A DNA stretch of 61,642 nucleotides, the filler included, from Choristocarpus tenellus KU-1152 (taxonomy: Eukaryota; Protista; Phaeophyceae), in assembly GCA_964200185.2 (NCBI GenBank). It is 7 parts of 7 records of this genome, joined end to end, with 100 filler letters (N's around TTAATTAATTAA, not from the genome) between each part and the next. Parts side by side here need not be neighbours in the genome. Positions count along the whole stretch, not along the records: positions 50,703 to 57,887 come from CAXNAD020006573.1; positions 57,988 to 61,642 come from CAXNAD020018693.1; 5 more parts are not named here. One strand, 5' to 3'. A model generated the notes under the pieces. The model saw only the letters and a list, made by a program, of their open reading frames with translations, was not told where the DNA came from and did not search any database. Below are positions 53,428 through 61,642 of the stretch, one piece after another. The position numbers and the translations under genes are program-made. Within the stretch, counting starts at the first letter, position 1, and each line of letters starts with the position of its first letter.

Positions 53428-56238
53428 ACTACTTGCATGTAGCTAGTTTGTATAATACATACTATTGTCCCCTGTGACATAGTGTAGATGTGTGAGGGAA
53501 AAACCAAAACTTTATTGCGAAAACTATCGTGAATACAACACTTGTCGTCGATACTATCACACTAACACCTCCCTAAAACGTAGTTAGATATTCGAAAAAT
53601 ACAATACAATACTAGTGTCCCCTTCAACATTGTTCCCTATATATATATATAAAGTAGAAATGTATACACCACTATACTTCTTACAAATACTTTAACCCTA
53701 TCAAAAAGGTGGGTAAGGAGTTTGGGAAGCATCCAAATATCTCAGGCCCCCTTTTGCTACTTACTCCACCAGTGTAGTCCTTCCAATATTTTTCGGTTTT
53801 GTTTTTTTTCCAAACACATCTGGAAAATGTCAGATATGTTGACGGACAGGTCCCTTTGGGAGCTGATCTCAATCCAATCCACATCCACGCGCACACACAA
53901 GTGCATTGCACGCACATTTCTTTGTCATTGGTGATGTTCCTATCCACATCAAACACAGAGAACTCTTGAGAACTGTCGAACCACTTACCGTTGACCGTCA
54001 CAAAGATATGACGTCACCCAGGGGATCTGAGGTTCCATTCAAACTTCTCCTAAGATTTGATGGCTGAGAGAGGTTTGGGTTTGTTGAAAGCACCCCAACG
54101 TGGCAAAACTGATGATTCTGAGCACTGCCCACGAAGGATTGGACCCTGCCTCACGACATATGTTTTTTTTAGTTTTTAAATAGTAACTCTTTTGGAGTGT
54201 TGTGTAACAACAATTGAAAACTGCCCGACAGATTTTTCGGACTGGAGAAAAGCGGGAAGACCCACAGGATGAATGGAAAGGAGAGGGACAGGGCAGGAGG
54301 GTGAGCAACCCTCAGAAGGTTACTGAGGGGAGGAGTGAACAAGGAAAGTGAATGAGGCCTTGTAAGCTCCACTCGAACAACCCGATAAGGAAGTGATCAG
54401 GAAGCGAATGGTCATGTCATACGAGGAAACAGACCTTGAGGTATATCTTCTCAGTGAGGAGCACTTTAAAGGCATACCTTGGTCGGAAGGTGTTCTCACA
54501 CAAACATATATTTTGGGTTTACGACGACCTCTGATGTTATTTTTTCGATAGTAGTAGTAGTAGTTTACCAGGTGTGGTGAGGTTAGGTTTTCACTGACAC
54601 GTCTACAAAAAGTGAGAGGGGATAATAATATGTGTATAAATTGTAGTATACATATGCTGATATGTTAAATACACTCATTGAACCATAAAAATAAATTGTA
54701 CTATCCTCAAAGAATTTGACCCCAAAACGGATCAATTTGAAGAAGGGTTTCAACCTACTTTTTTTTCCAAGTACAACAACTTGAACACATAAAGAGTAGA
54801 ATTCGTGATTCTTAGTGGGGTTCTCATATTTTTGTGGTTGACAGAGGACGACAATAATACAATGAAGGAGGGTATTGAGCCCATGATCTTTACTGGTTCT
54901 AAATCTGATTTGTATATCAGGTATCGTACCACTAATTGTTTTCCCACGATTATTTATGGGACTATTTCATTCCAATATTCAACTGATATTTCCAAAAGTA
55001 TCCTACATTGAAAATCATCTACTATAATTTACTACCTTGTAAATATCTCATACTAATATTAGTCGAGAGTATGTGAATACTCTTAATACTCACTTCGCTC
55101 CCTTCTTGTCACACCGTCGTGGCGTGACCCTACATCTCTGATGACCTCCAACACGATCGGTGTGAGCACCATTGTTAGAGGGTCTGGTTCTGTATGATCG
55201 GGGGTGATGAAAATAACCAGATACGAGGTTCAGAAAAGAAAAAAAAAATGAAAGATGAGACTGAGGCTTGGTAGGCTAACGTTGACAGCCTCAGAGTGCC
55301 ATGTGGATCAATCTACACCGTGATTGGTTGCGACCAGTCACAACAGAAAACACAATCTCGACTTTTGTTGGTTTGAATCCACAAGGTTACCGCGAACGGG
55401 TCGTGCGTCTGACCCATACCACATTACATAGTCTGATCTTCAGCTCAAACGTGGCATGCGAAAATGTGTATGACAGCGCGCATTATCGTCATCACTGTTG
55501 GGGAGACGATCTAAAAAAAGGGACCTCTCCCTGACATTAGTAGTATCCATTTAATTTCATATCCACCAAACTTGATCCACAATTCACCCGTCATAGACTA
55601 ACTTATTAATAAAAGACCAAAATGCATGTATAATCTCTACACTCTCCATTCCCTCGTGATTAGAATCTTGCTGTGGCTATAACTCCCACTGCTTTGACTC
55701 GCGATGATGCATAGTGGTTGATGGGGTCGGAATGGACCACCAGGTCGTTCGAAGAAAAATAAACACATCAATTCGGATTTATGACTTTCCCCATGTTCAA
55801 ACGAAAAATGTGGCTATCACCTCCTCGTGATTTAAACCTCGCTGCAGGTGTACCTCTCGGAGGGTTCACTCATAATGCGTGACGTTGTTGGGAGTCAGAA
55901 TGATTTCTGGACACCCCCTCTGGCAATTGGGTTTGAAGGGGGGTACAAGAATACTACCTGGTAACACAGATGTCATTTCAGCGATACGATATCTTTCACC
56001 ATATCGTGTTACTTTCCTCCTCTTCGAAAGAGGAAAGTTGCTATCATGCCTACCGTACTTGTAAGCCCTCTATTTTCCTTTAAAGGTCTGGTATGATTTT
56101 GTGTTTATCTGCCTGTCCTCCAACCCCAGATTGCGAGTTTAAGATTTCAATGGTGGTTAACTTACAGTCCAAGATATGTGGAGAGTTGATTCCAGTTCAC
56201 ACGAGGCTCAAGGTTGGTGGATATATATTACATTGCTT

Positions 56239-56803
56239 GTGTTACAGGCGGTATGTCTTGATGGTGGTTTCATAAACACCATTATGACCTTGAAGTCGTA
56301 GATTTGATACATTTGTACTTCTTGACTATATATTTATTGTGTGGATATTATGGTCCCCGATTATGATAAGACATCGTAGACCAGTTCCTTTCAAAACAAA
56401 TTCTAGGCTATCGTAGGGAGCTACCAAGAATCCTAAGTGCTGAGGTGAATACTGAGTACTCTCTCCAGTTTGAAGAGAGGCGGTAGGACCCTCCATGTTA
56501 CAGCATGCTCCAGAAACATACCTCCACAGGATGTATAGCTCCAATCTACGGGCCTATAGATGATACTGATGCACGTATAGGACTCCTGACGCACAAGTCG
56601 TCAAGTATGCTGGATCTTTCACTTGGATTATCATCAATATCATCGTGTAAAAAGGAACTGGTCTACGATGTCTTATCATAATCGGGGACTATAATGATCA
56701 AATAGAAAATAAATAGCCAAGAAGTACAAATATATCGAATCTAGGACTTCAAGGTCATAATGGTGTTTATGAAACCGCTATCAAGATATATCACCCGTAA
56801 CAC
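56239..56803. mobile_element. Foldback / long-TIR non-autonomous element
   Basis: ~153-bp inverted arms 56239-56391 and 56651-56803 (GTGTTAC...GTAACAC), ~260-bp spacer, flanks TTGCTT/TTGCTC. Confidence 0.85.
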
Positions 56804-57541
56804 TTGCTCTGTGTAGCGAAATCAAGCAGGGGAGTGTCTTGGAGTAGATATGGGAGTCCTGGAAGAGTCCCTTAGGAGGTATGAAAGCTTAAACGAACTC
56901 AGCGTTACGTTGAAATGTCTCCATAAATGGTATATGATACATCAACTTCTGTCCTTGGTCTCCAACATTTATTCTTTTGATCCATCTGCTCAAATGAGGG
57001 GATAACGTATATTCAATCCCTGGCTTTACTTGGGGTCAAAATTAAGTGCCTTCTTTCGCCCATAATGGATGGAAGGGGACGGAAACTGTATTTTTCGTTC
57101 TTTACCACACTTTGGCACATACGCTGTGGGGTTGTAGCCAACAAGTACACAATGCTCACCACAAATTGTTCATCCTTGCGAGAAGTTCAGCCAACAGGAC
57201 AGATCTGATGGGTGAGGGCCACCACTTCTGAGACTCCATAAAGCACTACCTGCATTATGCTGTCTCAAAGCACATCATATCAGAGTCTGAGGACTATGAA
57301 TATTATTTTCTTGAGGATATGGCACGTACATGTCCTTGGGAAGTATACGATGGAAAGCTTGTGGCTTACCTGGCAAGCAAGACCTCGAGTTCTTGCCTAG
57401 TGGTATTCCTGCACCCACTTGACATGCTGATGGAGAAACGTGGGGATTCTGGGGAACATGGCCAAGGGTTCATTCCATACACAAGACAATTATGAATACA
57501 TGGCACCGAGGTACATCCCTCGGAGGATGAGGTAGTTATCA

Positions 57542-57803
57542 GAGTGAAAGTATCTTAGAAGGTACGAGTTTTTCCCTGTTTGTCCATTTGGGGCTTGGCT
57601 TCCCATGGGTTTAGTTACGATATTTCCTACTCCAAAATGTTTTGGAGTAGGTAAAATGTACACGTTATGAAAATATGTGTCCACAACAAGGAATACTGAC
57701 ACTTCCTAACAAACACGATAGCCAATATTACATCAAAATCACAACATTGGATTGTGGTCCCCAAATGATGGACGCGGTCCTACCCTCTAAGATACTTCGG
57801 CTC
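57542..57803 (+). mobile_element. MITE family A copy 7
   Basis: TIRs intact; 4-bp TSD ATCA. Confidence 0.95.
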
Positions 57804-57887
57804 ATCATGTAGTGTTACAGGCGAATAGAGCGAGTATTTCTTCTTATATTTCAACGAAGTGCAAACGTTTGTTACACGCGAATAGCG

Positions 57888-57987
57888 NNNNNNNNNNNNN
57901 NNNNNNNNNNNNNNNNNNNNNNNNNNNNNNNTTAATTAATTAANNNNNNNNNNNNNNNNNNNNNNNNNNNNNNNNNNNNNNNNNNNN
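57888..57987. other. Artificial contig linker
   Basis: N-TTAATTAATTAA-N, 100 nt. Confidence 0.97.
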
Positions 57988-58203
57988 CTGGTAGTAATGT
58001 GTACCATATCAACAGGAAACAAATGAGTAGCCTATGTTTTAACACATTACCACCAGAATTCTTCTGCCCACAAACTCAGATTACTTCATTAGCTTTCCCT
58101 CTTTCTATAACTCAATTTTTTCATACTAAAACTAGATTGTGTTTTGTGTGTGTGTGTATTTTTTTATTATTATGCTCTGTGACATTTTACAGATGTGTCA
58201 AAA

Positions 58204-58457
58204 GAGCCAAAATATCCTAGAGGGTAGAGTCGCGTCCATTTGGGACCAAAATCCAATGTTACGATTTTGATGTAATTTTGGCTCTTGTGTTAGGAAGTGT
58301 CAATATCCTTCTTACGGACGCACCTTTTCAAAATGTACACATTTTAACTACTCCGACATATTTTGGAGGAGGAAAATGTCATAAAAAAATCTGAGGGAAG
58401 CCAAGCCCTAAATGGACAAACAGGGCAAAACTCGTACCCTCTAAGATACTTTCACTC
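58204..58457 (-). mobile_element. MITE family A copy 8
   Basis: GAGCCAAAATATCCTAGAGGG...CCCTCTAAGATACTTTCACTC; TSD AAAA. Confidence 0.93.
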
Positions 58458-58599
58458 AAAAGGAAAACCAATGAAAAACTACTCACGTGTCAGAAAAATC
58501 CCTATAGAAGAAAAAGTTGTCACAAATAAAAAAAACATTAATCAATTTGTTATTTCGCGACTATCTATGCTGTACCACTGCCTTCCTCTATCTCCAATT

Positions 58600-61560
58600 A
58601 CCTATTCCTGCACCCCAGGGTGAGGAGCTAGGGAAGCATCCCAAGAATCCAACAAACCCCTCCTTGCCCATCTCCCTGGTAACTCCAGCTTAAAACACAT
58701 GACCCGTCTAGACAGTGCCACCTGTGTTGTTACCAATACGATTGGTCTTAGGCGGGATTTGACCGTCCCTTTCCTGCTATAGCCTCCAGTTCCTCTCCCC
58801 CCTACCGTGTGTGTAGTCAGCTCATCCAGGAAATGTTCCACTTGCTTGCTGAGGCACACTAAACTTTCCACCGCAAAGTTGTTGAGGTTGTAACTACAAG
58901 GATCAAAAGAGTCCTTGTGGTGGGTGCACTTTCACGCATCAGGTGTGGCAACACCATTGCTGGTGGATGAATGTGGAAGGTGAGAAGTTGCCTGCACTTC
59001 TGCAAATGTAATATCTAGCAGGAGGCCTTTGTCCCGGTTGGAGGCTGATCCTGCATCTCCAAGTGCCCCACCATGGAAGACTAGATCCATGCGGAAATTC
59101 CTGTCTACACAATGAAGGGGCTACCGTCCTCCATAGTGCAAGGGATGCCCATTCCCTTTCATAGTTGGCTAGGTTTTTCACCATAGGGGTGTGTTTTCGC
59201 ACCTGGCTTTGCCTCCTGCATCCAGTCAATGGGCACCTGTATGAGGCCTCCTCCCTCCCTAGGGATCTGCTGATGGTGAGTTTAAACTCTGCGGGGGGGA
59301 TCTGGCATGCGAGTGAAAGTGTCTTAGAGGGTATGAGTTTGGTCTGTTTGTCCGTTTGAGGCTTGACCTCCCACAGGGTCTTAAAGACATTTTACCTACT
59401 CTGAAATGTTTCGGAGTAGGTAAAATGTGTATGTTATGGAAAGGTGTGTCCGGAACAAGGATACTGATACTTCCACAAATTCGATAGCAAAATTACATCA
59501 AAATCATAACATTTGACTTTGGGTCCCAAATGGACGCGGCTCTACCCTCTAAGATACTTTGACTCATGCCATGTCCACGGTTTGTGTTGAGGCCCATGCA
59601 TTTGCCCCTTGTCCACACTGGCTCCGGTGGCGTGCTAGGGCTAGTGAGGAGCTTTCCTTCCCCTGTTATACTTCACTTGGTAAGCTGCCTAGTTGTGTGC
59701 GGAAGGAGTCAAAACTGATCCTGTTCAGGAGGCGAGTGATCTCATGTTGAGCCCCTCCTTGTGATCCTGGTATCATGAGCTGCCAGAATTTGAACCTCCA
59801 GGGCAGGTGTGGGGGATGTTGTTCCCCCCCAGGTTACCCAGTCTTGGCCAATGATTTCCACTAGGTCTTTGGAAGGGACACCTGTTGAGAGGAGGGTGTG
59901 GATGGACGATCCCAAGGCCCGACTGTGGGGCTCGCACATACGGCTCGTGATAAGAACTTGCCATGAGGCCCTTGCTACCTTCCTAAGAGGGTGGGGAGAG
60001 TGGTTACTAGTGATCCTACGAAAGGTGGGCGTTGGCGGTGTTTCATAGAGGAGAGGCCTAATCCCCCCGCACTTGTGGGCATCTGTACCTGCCCTTGTTG
60101 ATGGTTCTCTCGGCGGAGGGACCCATTGTTAACCCCCCCTCAAAACAGTCCGTTGCCTCTGTCGAGTTTGCTACCTCCATTATCTTCTCCCGTGTCCATA
60201 ACATGGTGTTGTCTGCTTGCTCCATGGTGGAGCATGTCAGGTGGGGGAGAGTGACCCTAGCAAGATAGCCTAGACCGGAGGAGAGGGACAAGGAGTTGAG
60301 GAGCCAGGCCACCTGTTTGTCCTCCATCTCGCTGAGGTGCCCACCATCTCGCTGAGGTGTCCTCCATCTCCATGAGGTGTGTGGCCAAAGTTCGTGTCCC
60401 AAAGCTCTCCATCACCTCAGCCATATGGGTTTAGATTAATCCATCTGTTCCCGCAGGAGCCCCCAATGTAACAAGCTCATTTGGGTTCTGGGCTAGGTTG
60501 ATTCTTGCAGCAGAAAGAAGCTCCATTTCTGAGTGCGTGGGTTTATGGCCCTTGGGAGGTCCGGCGAAGGTCTTGTCCATATTCAGGACAATACCTACCT
60601 CATGAAGGTTAGTTTTTAACTGCTCGAAAGGAGCTATGATGTTGGGGTTGATCTCCCTTGCCGAAATGGACTTATCATCCAGATAGCTTCGGGAGGAAGC
60701 CCCTTGGGGTCCAAAGGTAGACTGGACCCACTGTAAGGCTTTATGTGTTGCCATGAAATATAGGAGGGGGCCAAGGGGGTCCCCTTATCGTGCCCCCAAT
60801 CTTGATGGCAGGATCTTCATCCATTCCTCATCCAGGGGGAAAAGAAGATTACGGGTGTCCACATATACCTTGGACACGTAGGGCAGGAGTCCTGGTAGAG
60901 TGACTGGGAGAGCATCGTTGAATTCCGAGCAGCGTACACTGTTGAAAACATTTCTTCCATCTAGACTGATGACCCATTCTCCGCACTCATTTCTTAGGCG
61001 GATGTCTAGAAGGACGCGCTCTACCCCATTTTGGAACCCCTACACCAAATTGTCCGATTCCGCTGAAACGTTACTCCAGGTAGGGGCGCCAGTCTGTACA
61101 GAAAGCTGAAGCACGCGCCCTTCTTTAAAAAGAGTCACAGGCAACCGGGGGACACTTCTCCCCATTGCGCGGACAATCTGGAGTTTGTGTGACGCGTCCA
61201 AAACTCCAGATATAGAGAGTCCGGGTAGGTGTAGGCTAGCTCCTAGAGCTTTGCAAACGCCTCCACCACTTCTTCGTGACCAACATCTGTCGTGAGGACT
61301 GATCTGATGTGGCTGCCATGGTCCCTATTATTGGTGTCCCCCCCTCTAGCCTTGGGGCGGTTACCTCATGCATCAGGAGATGCACTGTGTGCATGAGGGT
61401 GATTGTGTGTGCGGTGTGGAACCTGCCCGGGACGTTCTTAACAGTGGTGATGTTTACCCGCTCTAGGGTCTCCATCCGGACTTGGTCAAGGGCAGAAGCT
61501 ACACTTGGAGTATGAACTCCCCAAGGTTAACGTGGATGTGGTGGCAGTTGGCCTAGATTT
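58600..61560 (-). mobile_element. Decayed CRE/SLACS-clade non-LTR retrotransposon (RT plus C-terminal restriction-like endonuclease)
   Basis: QFGVGVPNGVE, SLDGRNVFNSV, GAR*GDPLGPLLY, YLDD, LGAPAGT, then RMDLV...GLLLDIT...FAVESL (RLE); several stops and frameshifts; boundaries approximate. Confidence 0.85.
59311..59565 (+). mobile_element. MITE family A copy 9, inserted in the CRE element
   Basis: TIRs intact; 4-bp TSD ATGC; removal restores the CRE frame (VDMACQIPP). Confidence 0.95.
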
Positions 61561-61642
61561 CCTGGGGGGGAAGGTGGGGTGGGATGGGATGGAAGGGGGG
61601 TGGGGTGGGTTGTGGTGGTGCTGCTGCTGTTGCTGGTTACTG

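Larger units (their letters stand above)
52762..54530 (-). pseudogene. Candidate cryptic spliced gene or pseudogene (exons ~54435-54515, 53989-54026, 53765-53819, ~52762-52820)
   Basis: GT-AG-bounded, phase-compatible exons give ...CLCENTFRPRYAFKVLLTEKIYLK|IPWVTSYLCDGQR|CVWKKNKTEKYWKDYTGG|VSSCRKHKK...; in-frame stop upstream; no family recognised. Confidence 0.3.

Noticed and set aside
59311-59565. Splice rescue of the CRE ORF by the MITE A insertion
   Set aside because: On the coding strand the TSD-TIR junction reads GCA TGA, a stop, and the ORF is decayed anyway

Overview
Eukaryotic, intron-rich genomic DNA, most consistent with a brown alga or close stramenopile relative (inferred from a 72-nt phase-1 LRR exon, TTAGGG-like repeats and gene style). 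The window is seven contigs joined by artificial 100-nt N-TTAATTAATTAA-N linkers, so adjacency across linkers is not evidence. Genes reconstructed by hand: an LRR + XK-related membrane protein (disrupted), the 5' part of a kinesin-2, the last exon of a UPF1/Sen1-like SF1 helicase, the 5' part of a Golgi type II sulfotransferase, a nearly complete DPP4/8/9-family peptidase head-to-head with a complete NAC-alpha gene, and two low-confidence unknown spliced genes. Mobile DNA: three related non-autonomous TIR (MITE) families with G(A/G)N termini and mostly 4-bp TSDs (Sola2-like), a 153-bp-arm foldback element, an RTE LINE remnant and a decayed CRE-clade retrotransposon. Most notable: (1) the LRR-XK scramblase-like fusion, (2) MITE TIRs carrying GT/AG sites that would leave an in-frame 24-nt footprint if spliced (introner-like, untested), and (3) gene-body CpG depletion with CpG-rich 5' ends. 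All calls are from manual reading; no database searches were run.
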